From NCBI GenBank assembly GCA_023265925.1, contig JAHFSD010000004.1:1-48705 (forward strand): a DNA stretch of 48,705 nucleotides. The letters are read 5' to 3'. How positions within the stretch are numbered: the first letter of the stretch is position 1; every line of letters begins with the position of its first letter. The position numbers were made by a program, and so were the translations under genes. Shown piece by piece: positions 8,243 to 17,949 of the stretch. The notes under the pieces are model-generated. The model searched no databases and was not told where the DNA came from. It saw only the letters and a list, made by a program, of their open reading frames with translations. This stretch comes from an archaeon (GTDB lineage Archaea; Nanobdellota; Nanobdellia; Woesearchaeales; GW2011-AR9).

Positions 8243-8701
8243 ATGGCCAATGAAGTTATCATCGGAGTTATCATTTTCATCGGTGCAGCTATCATCTACT
8301 ACTTCTGGCAGCGCGGGCAGTTTCATCCTGAACGGTCACTACCCCTTCCTGAAGAGCAGGTGGTTACGCTTCCCTGGTACGCTCCTTTTTTCTCACCGGC
8401 AGCGAAAGCGCGTCTCTCCCGGCAAATCCGGCAGCGGAAGCACAAGCAGCAGCACGATTACTGGGAAGAATTTTTGGCAGGCTATGGCTTATTGCCGCGG
8501 AAAGTTCTGCTGCCGCGGGAAGTCCAGAAACTACGGGCTTTGATTCAGGAGCACCGCAAACAAAAGCTTCTTACTCCTCCGCAGCGGAGCGCCCTGGCTC
8601 AATTAGAAGAGTTGGTGGAGGGGAAGAAAGAAAAAAAGAAGTTTACTCCACGAGAAGCTAAAAACATATTTGCCCTGCTGAAAAGAATTTCCCGCCGGTA
8701 A
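8243..8701 (+). CDS. Membrane-anchored protein resembling the TM and cytoplasmic tail of the adjacent giant protein
   Basis: N-terminal TM, then a basic helical region ending EAKNIFALLKRISRR. TATA-like TTTAAA at ~8215. Confidence 0.7.
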   Translation: MANEVIIGVIIFIGAAIIYYFWQRGQFHPERSLPLPEEQVVTLPWYAPFFSPAAKARLSRQIRQRKHKQQHDYWEEFLAGYGLLPRKVLLPREVQKLRALIQEHRKQKLLTPPQRSALAQLEELVEGKKEKKKFTPREAKNIFALLKRISRR

Positions 8702-8706
8702 GAACC

Positions 8707-8714
8707 TTTATAAA
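8707..8714 (+). promoter_or_regulatory. Archaeal TATA box for the surface/pilin operon
   Basis: TTTATAAA about 28 nt upstream of ATG 8742, preceded by a purine-rich BRE-like tract. The spacing suggests a leaderless mRNA. Confidence 0.6.
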
Positions 8715-8741
8715 CGAGAACGATTTAATTCTGGCTGTAGA

Positions 8742-11700
8742 ATGACAGTACCAAAAAGAGGCCCGCTCATTGTAGTTTTAGTACTCTTAGTGTTTGTTCT
8801 GATAGCTTCCCTTACTACTTCCCAGGGTTCTTCCAGCGGCGGCTGTTACGTCTTTCCCGGCGGAAGTGAAGATGTATACTGTGTCCCGGACACGCTGGAC
8901 AGTGAAGCCCAGGCTGACTGTTCTTCCCATCCTGGTTGCAGTATGTCCCAGCATTTCCTGCCTGGAGCAGACTGTACCACCTTGCCCGAATGCCAGTTAG
9001 TTACCTGTGCCGTCGATTGCCAGCAGCATTACCTTGGTGTTTGCCAGAATTTGGGCGGAACGGAAGTGCCGGAAGACCAATATAATTCTTACTGCTCTCC
9101 CGGCTGCTGTAAAATTGGCAATCAATTCTGCCAGTTTGGGCTGAACCGCTTCCAGTGCAACGATATGGCTAAAAAGCTGGGATTTCCTCCACCACCCAGT
9201 GCTTCCGCCAACTATCTTAATCCCCCGGGCATGACGGTTGCCAAATGCAACCAACAGCTTTGCCAGGTGCAGGTGACAGCAGGAACAGTCCGTATCCTGG
9301 TTCAGGATCAGCAAGGGGATCCCATTAGTAATGCCCTGGTAGCCGTTCAGGGAACACCTACTCAAAGTTTAACATCCAGCGATGGACGGGTTGAATTTCC
9401 TGGGCTTACGCCGTCAACCTATGTGGTGGCCGTAAGCAAGGACGGGTTCCAATCAGTTTCCGCGACTATTTCCCTCTCTTCCGGGCAGACGGTGGATTAT
9501 ACAGTAACGCTGCCAGCGGGGGGGACTATTACAGTTTCTGGACAAACAAAGCACGTTGTCAATGGACAATCTGATCCTCTCTCCGGCGTCACTATTTCCT
9601 GGAGCGGCCCTTCTACCGGCCAGGTGTTTACCGACGTTGCCGGAAATTATAATATTATCAGCCTCGTGCCGGGACAGTACACGATTACTGCCAGCAAAAT
9701 TAATTTTGCCTCCCAGCAGCAAACACTCAATGTGCAAGGCGATACTACTCAGGACTTTACCCTAGTGCCCGCGCAGGTGCAGGGTGTGAAAGGTTTAACT
9801 TTCATTGATTTTGATGGAAACGGTGCCGCTAATGAGGTGCCCAGTTATGGCGTAAAATTGTACGTTGACGGCAATTTCCGCGGCTATTCCCAGTTTGACG
9901 ATGGCAGTTTTGACTTTAACGTTCCGGCGGGAGAGCATACGCTTACCGCCATCTCCCAACTCTACACGGCCGAAAAATCATTTACCGTCGCTGCCAATCA
10001 GGTAACAGACCTGGGAGCTGTTCTTCTCACCGTCTATGTGGGGGAATGCAGCGAGGGGCAACCTAATGAACAGAAGAATGTCGAGCAATTCTTCCTGCAG
10101 CACGTTCCGGGGAAAAAGCAGGTTACACTGCAATGGGTTAAGCCTTGTCCGGAAGTGGCTTCCTACAGCATCACTAAAAGTGTTGGCAATGTCGTGGTCA
10201 ATACTGTTTCCATCTCACCGGCACAAAATTCCCACCCCGATGGTGACGTTGAATGGGGCGTTACCTACACCTACGGCATTGAAGCTAGTTATCCCACGAA
10301 AAAATCTGCCTCTCCCAATACCCAAAGCATCACGCTGGGCGATAAAGAGTGTGAAGATCATTATCATGACCTGATTGGCTGGGATACGTTTTGCCTGGCA
10401 GGAAATACGGCAATACGGAAGACCGTCTACACCTGCAGCAATGAAAATAAACTGGCCAGTGTCCAGAATTGTGCTGCCCGTGACGGCGGGGGTGAAACCT
10501 ATTTCTGTTCCCAGCTTTCGTCGCATCAGGCCGATTGCCAGGACGCGGGACCCTGTAATTTGTTTGCCGATCCATTTGGGCTGTACTATTCCCGGCAGAG
10601 CTGTTATGGTGCCGCCGAGCCGGCGGAAGCAGCCAATTTCTGTTATTACGATTACAGCAACTCCATCGTCAACCAATGTAACAGCTGTGCCGCTCTGAAC
10701 AGCTGCTTTGAGTACCGCAGCCAGGATGCCTGCAGCATCAATAATTGTCTTGGCACGAACTGCCAGTGGGTGAATGCTGCGGCCAACACCGAGCCGATCA
10801 TTGATTACGGCATCCTGCACCTTCCCGGTTTGACGACGGAAGAAACCGGACAGGGCTACTGCGTGCCGGAAAAGTATCAGGATGACGACCAGTGCTCGCT
10901 CTGCCATCCTTCCGCAACGTTGTTTGAAAATTATTATTGCAGTGCACAGGTCTGCTCGGCGTTAGGACGCTGCTTCGCCAATTCAGAGCTTACTGCCTGC
11001 CAGCCCTGCGGCGCTGTTCCCAAAAAGGATTTTAATTGTTACTCGTATACCACTGAACTGGAATGTGATGGGGAGACAGCAGCCCAGACTAACCCCTTTG
11101 GCGAGTTTGTCCCTTCCCAGGACCGATGCGGCTGGAAACGCTGCGCCTGGCAGGGAGCACACGACAGCTTCTCTCCCGGCTCCTGCGTGAAAGACGGCGA
11201 TGGCGACGGGCAGGACGATTGTATTGGCTTTTCCAGCGGCGTCGAGCGACAGAATTGTAAAATAGATGTGACTCCGCCCCGGACGAATGTCGTCAATACC
11301 GCCCGCCTTCTTTCTCTGGCCAGCCCCAATATTACTTTTATGGGCGATGACAACCAGCAGCAGGCCAGCCAGAGTAATGCCCTGGGAAAAGTTCATTACT
11401 GTATCCTGAGCGTCAGCGGGCCGAGCTTCTGCACGGCCGAGGACTTCCACACCTCTTTTACCGCCTATCCCGGCAAACAGTCGCAAGAGCTGGCTACCAT
11501 CAACCTGCTTTCTTCACCATACTTACAGAAACAAATCAATGGCGAAACCTATCGGCTGAAATTTTATTCCACTGATAAATATCACAACCAGGAAGAGTTG
11601 CAGGAGACCTTTTTGTTTGTGGATAACGTCCCGCCGCAGTTTGAAGTCAATGCCAAAGCAACGACCAAAGCTGACCGCACCAAGCTGATCGCCTATCTGG

Positions 11701-14700
11701 AAGGAACAAACGAGCCGATGGGCTGTGAATTTGCCGTGACCGGCCTTCTGCCCGTGGAAAGTACCCAGAGCCGCATTCTCGCTAAAGAGCAAGTAAAAAA
11801 AGAAGTGATTTATGACAACCTTGCCGGCATAATCTATGACTTGAATGTTACCTGTACTGATAACCAGGGAAATTCTAATCAGGGATCAAAACGGCTGGTC
11901 TTTGACCAGGAGGAACGCATTGACATCATCCATCCTGCCATGAAAAGTATTGTTTCCACCTCGGAAATTCCCTTCCGCGTTACGACGGCAGCAGGCGCCA
12001 GCTGTGAATTGTATAAAACCAGCACCGGCGAAAAAGTAGCGGATTTTCTCAGTGATGAGCAGGGCAAAGTACAGGAGACGCCGCTGGTGCCCGGCTTTAC
12101 GGAAGGACAGTATCAGGGGGAATATAAAGTTCTCTGCCGCGAATTGCTCACGCCGGAAACCTATGAGGATTATTTCTCTTTTATAGTTGATTTCACCTCA
12201 CCGGCGACCCAGGTCGTGCTGCGGGAAGGAAAAAGGGTCGAGAAGCCAACTGGTTTTGGCTGGGAAGAATTTTTCATAGATTCCGTTAACCTTGATTTTG
12301 AATGTAAAGCTGACGGCTTTTCCTGCGACAAAATATATTACTGCCAGGGCGAGCAGTGCTACTACCTTTCCAATCCTAACTATAAAGAATATTCTTCCAC
12401 CCTAAAATTAGAAAATTCCACTGAGATCTGCTATTATTCTACGGATAAGGGAAAAACGCCGGTCTATTCTCCCCTCTGTGGCACAGTGATCATTGCCGGC
12501 TACGGCATTACCTTAGAGAAGCCCAAACTGCACTATTTCCAGGAGCAGCAGTGGGGCAGCAGCAACCAACCAGGTTTTCCCTGGCAATTTTTGACTAAAG
12601 TGCCGACGCAGGAATGCCGGTTTGATTTCCTGCCGACGTTCAGTTACGCTGCCGTTCCTAACATTAAGATTCTCTCCCCCACGGCGGAACAGCGCTACCT
12701 CTATGCGGAATTTCCCAACAATACGGGCGCTTCCCCTTATCCCGAAAGCGGGGGAGTCAAGAGCGTGTTTGTAAAGTGTAAAAATCTGGACGGCGACGTG
12801 GGCCCGCAGCAGAAGATGAATTTAGAGTATGATCCTTCCCCGCCGACCATTACCAAAGCAGTCGCGGAACCGGAATTGCTGCTGGAAGGAACGAACGTGG
12901 ATTTAGTGGTCGAAACTGATGACAAGGCACTCTGCAAGTACAGCAATGCCGGGCATGATGCTTATGAAGCGATGAATTTTGCCTTTCCCGGTGCGGAAGC
13001 GGATATCCAGGGTGCAAACCCTTCCTTACCACGAATCCTTGACGTTAAGCACCGAAAAGGATTTGCCGTCAATACTTTTACCGGCCTGGTCAAGCAATTT
13101 AGCCTTACCACTCAATGTAAAAACGGCGCGGGAGATCTGTCCTTGGTACGGGCTATTAATTTTACCGTTGATTACACTCAACTGGGCGGGATTACTTCAG
13201 TCTGGCCCAATGGCGAGTACCTCTCTTTAACCAGCGTCAATGTTACCGCGGCCACCACTAAAACTGCGGTCTGCGAGTACCGCGAAACGGGACAATACCA
13301 GCTGATGGAAATGACGGGAGAAAAACTACATCAGCAGCCCTTCACCAATCTTGCTGAAAAGTATTACCAGATTCCGCTGCGCTGCACGCTGGGTGACCAT
13401 GTGGTGGAAACGGCGTCGACGTTCACGATTGACCGTACTCCTCCCGTCATTCAGAAAGTGGATGATGGAAATATGACCTGCGGTAATCGTGCTATTCAGG
13501 TTTTTGTCTACACCAATGAACAGAACCTGAGCGGCTATGTTTACCAGCTGTTTGACCTTGGTGCGGAAACGACTTTCCTCAAGCAAAATAAGGCCAGCAA
13601 TCTCTCTAAACCACTTCCCGCCACCCCTCCCACTGGGCTGCCCATGCTTCCCGTACTGAATGGCACGGCCGGACCGCAACAGCCACTGGAAATTCTTACG
13701 GTAAACTTAACGGAAGCTCACAAATACAAAGTCCGGGTACAAGCCCTGGATCTGGTCGGACTTACCAGCTTACCGGCAGAAAGCGATGGCACTGTGGTTG
13801 TTGATGCTAATTTCTCCGCTTGTAAGCAGGCCACTGCCCCCGTTATTGACATCGTATTGAATGAAAGCTCTTCCTGCACAAGTATAGCAGCGGAACTGCA
13901 TTGCCAGGATGCCATCGGCTGCAGCAGGATTAAGTATGGGCAACATAGTGCCAGCACTTCCTGTACGGCCTCCCAAAGTTATGCCGGACAGCAGATCGTC
14001 TTTACCACCAATGGCTGGCTCTGTTACACTGCCGAAAACTACGCTGGAAAAAATGTCAGTGGCTCTCGCTTAATTTCCTTTACTGATACCGATGGCGATG
14101 GCAGCAGTGACCGAATAGGTTGTGACCTTTGTCTCGAGTCCAAGCCTGGCGAAGTAGTTGATGATAAAGGTTGCGGAGAAGGGCAAGTGCCGATCATGAA
14201 TCGGTCCATTGACTTCGATAAAGATGGTCTGCCCGATGACTGGGAGCAGATCTACAATGCTGCCGATTGCCCGCTGGATTACCTGAAAGCCGATTCCAAC
14301 ACTAACAGTGTCGCTGACGGGCAGGAAGATTATGATCAGGACGGCTTTGGCAATTATGACGAGTACCTGAAACAGCAGGATCCCTGTAAGAAGGATGTGA
14401 AAGAGTTAAAACCTGTAGAAGGAGAGGAAGGAAAGCCGGAGAAAGAGGAAAAGTCTCCTGTTTCGTTCCTGGTCGAAAAAAGTTATTTGCCGTGGATCTT
14501 GTTGTTCCTCGGCGTGCTGCTGATTATGGGCGGAAGCGGGTATCTCATTTACTATTATAAATTCCAGGAAAAGGAAGGAAGAGAAGGAAGAACATCATCC
14601 GGAATACTTCCTTCACTTCTTTCCGCTAAGGAAGAGCGGGGTAGTGGTACTGTGTTGGAACCATGGAAAAAGAAGCTTCTGGAATTTAAAAAGGCCCGTC

Positions 14701-15020
14701 TGGCGAAAGAAAAAACACAACGGCGGAAACAAGTCTTTGGCGAATTCACAGCGCAATCACCGGTCATTCCCCATATCGGGGCCGTGGTACAGAACAAGGC
14801 CGCACAGTTGCCTAAACTGCAGCAGTTGGCCGAGACCTATACTGCTCATAAAGAGGAAATCAAACCGGGATTGCGCCCGGAAGAAAAAAACGTTTTTAAC
14901 CAATTAGAGAGCATTGCCAGGAAAGCTAAAGGAGGCAAAATTCATGACGTAGCTAGTCCTGAAGATGCTCAAACGATCTTTTCCAAGCTGAAAGAATTGG
15001 CGAAAAAGCGTAAGCAATGA
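8742..15020 (+). CDS. Giant (2092 aa) cell-surface protein: Cys-rich domains, carboxypeptidase-regulatory-like/Ig/FN3 domains, Ca-binding DxDxDG (TSP3-like) repeats, C-terminal TM and cytoplasmic tail
   Basis: Signal peptide; T..DG...F..L.P.TY.V...K.GF repeats; multiple D.TPP domain boundaries; DTDGDG, DFDKDGLPDDWE, DYDQDGFGNYDEY; TM near the C-terminus. Confidence 0.85.
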   Translation: MTVPKRGPLIVVLVLLVFVLIASLTTSQGSSSGGCYVFPGGSEDVYCVPDTLDSEAQADCSSHPGCSMSQHFLPGADCTTLPECQLVTCAVDCQQHYLGVCQNLGGTEVPEDQYNSYCSPGCCKIGNQFCQFGLNRFQCNDMAKKLGFPPPPSASANYLNPPGMTVAKCNQQLCQVQVTAGTVRILVQDQQGDPISNALVAVQGTPTQSLTSSDGRVEFPGLTPSTYVVAVSKDGFQSVSATISLSSGQTVDYTVTLPAGGTITVSGQTKHVVNGQSDPLSGVTISWSGPSTGQVFTDVAGNYNIISLVPGQYTITASKINFASQQQTLNVQGDTTQDFTLVPAQVQGVKGLTFIDFDGNGAANEVPSYGVKLYVDGNFRGYSQFDDGSFDFNVPAGEHTLTAISQLYTAEKSFTVAANQVTDLGAVLLTVYVGECSEGQPNEQKNVEQFFLQHVPGKKQVTLQWVKPCPEVASYSITKSVGNVVVNTVSISPAQNSHPDGDVEWGVTYTYGIEASYPTKKSASPNTQSITLGDKECEDHYHDLIGWDTFCLAGNTAIRKTVYTCSNENKLASVQNCAARDGGGETYFCSQLSSHQADCQDAGPCNLFADPFGLYYSRQSCYGAAEPAEAANFCYYDYSNSIVNQCNSCAALNSCFEYRSQDACSINNCLGTNCQWVNAAANTEPIIDYGILHLPGLTTEETGQGYCVPEKYQDDDQCSLCHPSATLFENYYCSAQVCSALGRCFANSELTACQPCGAVPKKDFNCYSYTTELECDGETAAQTNPFGEFVPSQDRCGWKRCAWQGAHDSFSPGSCVKDGDGDGQDDCIGFSSGVERQNCKIDVTPPRTNVVNTARLLSLASPNITFMGDDNQQQASQSNALGKVHYCILSVSGPSFCTAEDFHTSFTAYPGKQSQELATINLLSSPYLQKQINGETYRLKFYSTDKYHNQEELQETFLFVDNVPPQFEVNAKATTKADRTKLIAYLEGTNEPMGCEFAVTGLLPVESTQSRILAKEQVKKEVIYDNLAGIIYDLNVTCTDNQGNSNQGSKRLVFDQEERIDIIHPAMKSIVSTSEIPFRVTTAAGASCELYKTSTGEKVADFLSDEQGKVQETPLVPGFTEGQYQGEYKVLCRELLTPETYEDYFSFIVDFTSPATQVVLREGKRVEKPTGFGWEEFFIDSVNLDFECKADGFSCDKIYYCQGEQCYYLSNPNYKEYSSTLKLENSTEICYYSTDKGKTPVYSPLCGTVIIAGYGITLEKPKLHYFQEQQWGSSNQPGFPWQFLTKVPTQECRFDFLPTFSYAAVPNIKILSPTAEQRYLYAEFPNNTGASPYPESGGVKSVFVKCKNLDGDVGPQQKMNLEYDPSPPTITKAVAEPELLLEGTNVDLVVETDDKALCKYSNAGHDAYEAMNFAFPGAEADIQGANPSLPRILDVKHRKGFAVNTFTGLVKQFSLTTQCKNGAGDLSLVRAINFTVDYTQLGGITSVWPNGEYLSLTSVNVTAATTKTAVCEYRETGQYQLMEMTGEKLHQQPFTNLAEKYYQIPLRCTLGDHVVETASTFTIDRTPPVIQKVDDGNMTCGNRAIQVFVYTNEQNLSGYVYQLFDLGAETTFLKQNKASNLSKPLPATPPTGLPMLPVLNGTAGPQQPLEILTVNLTEAHKYKVRVQALDLVGLTSLPAESDGTVVVDANFSACKQATAPVIDIVLNESSSCTSIAAELHCQDAIGCSRIKYGQHSASTSCTASQSYAGQQIVFTTNGWLCYTAENYAGKNVSGSRLISFTDTDGDGSSDRIGCDLCLESKPGEVVDDKGCGEGQVPIMNRSIDFDKDGLPDDWEQIYNAADCPLDYLKADSNTNSVADGQEDYDQDGFGNYDEYLKQQDPCKKDVKELKPVEGEEGKPEKEEKSPVSFLVEKSYLPWILLFLGVLLIMGGSGYLIYYYKFQEKEGREGRTSSGILPSLLSAKEERGSGTVLEPWKKKLLEFKKARLAKEKTQRRKQVFGEFTAQSPVIPHIGAVVQNKAAQLPKLQQLAETYTAHKEEIKPGLRPEEKNVFNQLESIARKAKGGKIHDVASPEDAQTIFSKLKELAKKRKQ

Positions 15021-15077
15021 TAACCATAATGAATAATAACCACGATGAAATAACTACGATGAAATAACCATGATGAA
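15020..15077 (+). repeat. Four imperfect tandem copies of a ~14-bp unit ATAACYAYRATGAA
   Basis: ataaccataatgaata / ataaccacgatgaa / ataactacgatgaa / ataaccatgatgaa. The last copy supplies the start codon of the next gene. Confidence 0.75.
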
Positions 15078-15615
15078 TAAACGCGGCGTGGGTGTGGAAC
15101 AAGTTTTTATCTTCATCGTCGTGGCCATCACCTTTGGCCTGATTGTCATCTTTGGATACAACGCCATTGCCGATTTCCTGGTTAAGGGAAAACAAGTGGA
15201 ATTCGTGCAATTTAAGACTGATCTGGAAGCGGCGGTTAAGCGCCTCTCTACTGAATATGGCTCGGTGCGCGTCGAAGAGTTTTACCTGCCGGCCGATTAC
15301 CGGCAGATCTGTTTCGTGGACATGGACTATCCTCCCTCGCCGGACGAGCAGGAGCAGCTCTGCCAGAACGATCAGCTAGCCTGCCAGGTCTGGAAGCAGG
15401 CGCAGCAAGCGCCGGAAGAACAGGAAGAAGGAAAGCCAGGATCGGCTGGCGTGGATGAAAATGTTTTCCTGAAACCAGCAGCACTTGTCCCCATTAAAGT
15501 GTCCCTGATTCATCTGGGCAGTCCTGGTTTCCTTTGCCAGAAAATCAGTGACGGCCGCTTCACGCTCCGTCTGGAAGGAAAAGGAAGTTATACACAGGTA
15601 GGCAGGGCAGAATGA
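15070..15615 (+). CDS. Pilin-like protein with class III signal peptide
   Basis: NKRG|VGVEQVFIFIVV...: basic leader, Gly at -1, hydrophobic helix; paired Cys. Confidence 0.75.
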   Translation: MMNKRGVGVEQVFIFIVVAITFGLIVIFGYNAIADFLVKGKQVEFVQFKTDLEAAVKRLSTEYGSVRVEEFYLPADYRQICFVDMDYPPSPDEQEQLCQNDQLACQVWKQAQQAPEEQEEGKPGSAGVDENVFLKPAALVPIKVSLIHLGSPGFLCQKISDGRFTLRLEGKGSYTQVGRAE

Positions 15616-16742
15616 AACAAGGACAAAAACAAGGACAAATTCAGGTAACTTTTCATTGGATCTACGTCTTGATTGCCGGCGCGGTCATTCTGCTGTTCTT
15701 CTTCAGCCTCATCCTTTCCCAGAAGCAGCGTTCCGAACAGGTTCTGCAGCAGGACATCACTAAAATCATTGAATCCATTTTTACCGCCGCGTCGCTGTCC
15801 GAGAAGACTAAAACAACTGTTGATACTAACCTGGACCAATATGTCTTATTCTTTAATTGCCGTGACGGGCAGGGTGAATATGGTTTAGAAGGAAGCGGCA
15901 GTTCCGTTCAGGATTCCGTCTATCCCTTGTTTAGCCCGGCAGAGATTCGCTCTCCCCAGCTGAGCCTGTGGAGCCTGCCCTACAAGCTGCCATTTAAGGT
16001 TGGCGATTTTTTGCTGGTTACGGCACCGAATATTAAGTATGTCCTGATGGGCACGACGCCCTTCAGCCAGGAATTCCTGGAAGAAACCAAGCCTGATCCA
16101 GCGGTCCGCTTTCGGATTAACACGCTGGCGGTAAATCCTGCCGATCTGGCCACCGTTGACCCGGGCAAAAACCAACAGGTCCGTTTCATTGATTTTACCG
16201 GTGGAACGATTCAGGAAGGAGTTGCTGTTCCGGAAAAAGTACGTTCCCTGGATGACCCTACCGTAACTGCAGTGGTATTCTCTGCTGAGAACATCATCAC
16301 CTATTTCCAGAAGAAAGGAGAAATCTGGAAACAACGTGGTCAGTCGCTGCACCTTCTTTCCCTGGGCGGCGAGCGGGACGCGGCAAAATATGCCGCCTTG
16401 TTTGCCCCGGATGCTGAGACGTACCAATGCAACTTTCGCAAGGTCTTGCAACGGCTTTCGTTCCTGAATGAGATTTATGGCGGTAAAGAAATTGCCAATG
16501 ACATTCCCGGAGGAAAATTAAAAGAAATCATTGATTTTTATGATGCCCATCCCGATTTAACGTTGAGCAACACTTGTAAACCATATGTGCTGGCGATGCA
16601 AGGAGCACTGCAGTCACACCAGAACGAGGTTTCAGCCTGCCTGGCATCGGAAGCAGCCTGTCTTGACCTGGTCTCTTCGGCACAACAGCTTCGCCAGGCT
16701 AACCAAAATTTGATAGTAAATGATTGTATCTCCCTCTACTGA
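15612..16742 (+). CDS. Pilin-like protein with class III signal peptide (large head)
   Basis: KQG|QIQVTFHWIYVLIAGAVILLFF. ATGA-coupled to the upstream gene. Confidence 0.75.
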   Translation: MKQGQKQGQIQVTFHWIYVLIAGAVILLFFFSLILSQKQRSEQVLQQDITKIIESIFTAASLSEKTKTTVDTNLDQYVLFFNCRDGQGEYGLEGSGSSVQDSVYPLFSPAEIRSPQLSLWSLPYKLPFKVGDFLLVTAPNIKYVLMGTTPFSQEFLEETKPDPAVRFRINTLAVNPADLATVDPGKNQQVRFIDFTGGTIQEGVAVPEKVRSLDDPTVTAVVFSAENIITYFQKKGEIWKQRGQSLHLLSLGGERDAAKYAALFAPDAETYQCNFRKVLQRLSFLNEIYGGKEIANDIPGGKLKEIIDFYDAHPDLTLSNTCKPYVLAMQGALQSHQNEVSACLASEAACLDLVSSAQQLRQANQNLIVNDCISLY

Positions 16743-16744
16743 CC

Positions 16745-17233
16745 ATGAACCGCCGCAGCCAAGTCCAACTCGTGGAAACGATTGCCATACTCCTGATCTT
16801 CTTTATTTTACTCCTGGTGGGCATCGTTTTTTACTACCAATACCAGAAATCAGCGATTAAAGAGAAAGGAAAAGAATTAGCCAGCAGCCGCGCTTTGGAT
16901 ACGGCACTGAAGACCTTGTTCCTGCCGGAATTTATCTGCAGCAAGGGCGAGACCGAGGCGGAAGATAATTGTTTGGATCTGATGAAAGTACGCTCGGCCA
17001 ATAGCACTTTCAGCGAGCATTTGACCGAGTACTACTTTACCATTTTCTCTTTTTCCAATATCACGGTTCACCAGCTTTACCCGGAAGAGCAGACGTACTA
17101 TCTCTATGCCAAGAAACGGGAGCAGACAAGAAATTACCTTCCCACTTTTTTTGTGGTGACGTTGCGGGATCAGGCCGCGGGAACCGAGCCGGAATACAGT
17201 TACGGTTACCTGGAAGTGGGGGTGTATTCATGA
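16745..17233 (+). CDS. Pilin-like protein with class III signal peptide
   Basis: Likely start ATG 16745: MNRRS|QVQLVETIAILLIFFILLLVG. Confidence 0.78.
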   Translation: MNRRSQVQLVETIAILLIFFILLLVGIVFYYQYQKSAIKEKGKELASSRALDTALKTLFLPEFICSKGETEAEDNCLDLMKVRSANSTFSEHLTEYYFTIFSFSNITVHQLYPEEQTYYLYAKKREQTRNYLPTFFVVTLRDQAAGTEPEYSYGYLEVGVYS

Positions 17234-17775
17234 GCAGAGGCCAGATGGAAGCAGCAGGATTAGTAGTCATAGTGATTCTCATTACGCTGGGGATGCTGTT
17301 CATGGCTAAATTTGCCCTGCAGGAAAAAAAGCAGGTGAAACTGGCGGTCAAAAGGGAGTTGCTGGCACAAAGCACGCTGAGTGCACTTCTTAAAACTACT
17401 GCTTTGGAAGAAAGCTGTGTCGGACAGTATGTTGGTGGAACGCTCCCCCGGTTGGGCAAGGATATTCTGGAAGATTGTGCTAAGAATTATAATACTGCTC
17501 CTGGTGGTCATTCACAGTATTACTGCCAGCAGCAGCATAGTTGTGTCTTTCTTCGGGAAAAGATTAATTCTCTCCTGGAACAAACGTTGGGAACGTGGAA
17601 CATTAATTACGATCTTAACGTCTCACTCCTGGGCCCTTTTGGTGTTGTTGCTTTGCTTGATCCTCCTCTTCGCCGGGGAGCAGGCTGTCCGCCGACCCGG
17701 GCCCGGGACAGCTCTGATGCGTTTCCCCTCAGCACCGAGGTTGGAACGGTGGAAAGTGTGCTCTACCTCTGCTAG
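17230..17775 (+). CDS. Pilin-like protein with class III signal peptide
   Basis: MSRG|QMEAAGLVVIVILI. Six Cys. ATGA overlap with the upstream gene. Confidence 0.78.
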   Translation: MSRGQMEAAGLVVIVILITLGMLFMAKFALQEKKQVKLAVKRELLAQSTLSALLKTTALEESCVGQYVGGTLPRLGKDILEDCAKNYNTAPGGHSQYYCQQQHSCVFLREKINSLLEQTLGTWNINYDLNVSLLGPFGVVALLDPPLRRGAGCPPTRARDSSDAFPLSTEVGTVESVLYLC

Positions 17776-17900
17776 ATATCTGGCTGCCGGCAGAACAGAG
17801 ATATGGGCAGCTGCCTTGGTGCTGTTCTTTTCCTCAAGGGAGCACTCCCCTTGCGCCTTAGCGGTTTTATAAAAGCTCGTTTAAACTTTTTAAAAACCGA

Positions 17901-17940
17901 AGGGTAATCAAAAAGTTTAAATAGTCTGCCGGATTACCCT
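17901..17940 (+). promoter_or_regulatory. TATA box flanked by a 9-bp inverted repeat (candidate operator of the MNT-HEPN operon)
   Basis: AGGGTAATC (17901-09), TTTAAATA (17916-23), GATTACCCT (17932-40). Confidence 0.65.
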
Positions 17941-17949
17941 GTTCTGATC

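Noticed and set aside
8997-14907. Numerous 60-230 aa alternative-frame and antisense ORFs inside the giant gene (and similar ones inside other long genes)
   Set aside because: These are shadow ORFs expected at this GC content; they have no motifs or promoters.
15020-15080. CRISPR array
   Set aside because: The units are 14 bp and adjacent, with no spacers. No cas genes are in the window.
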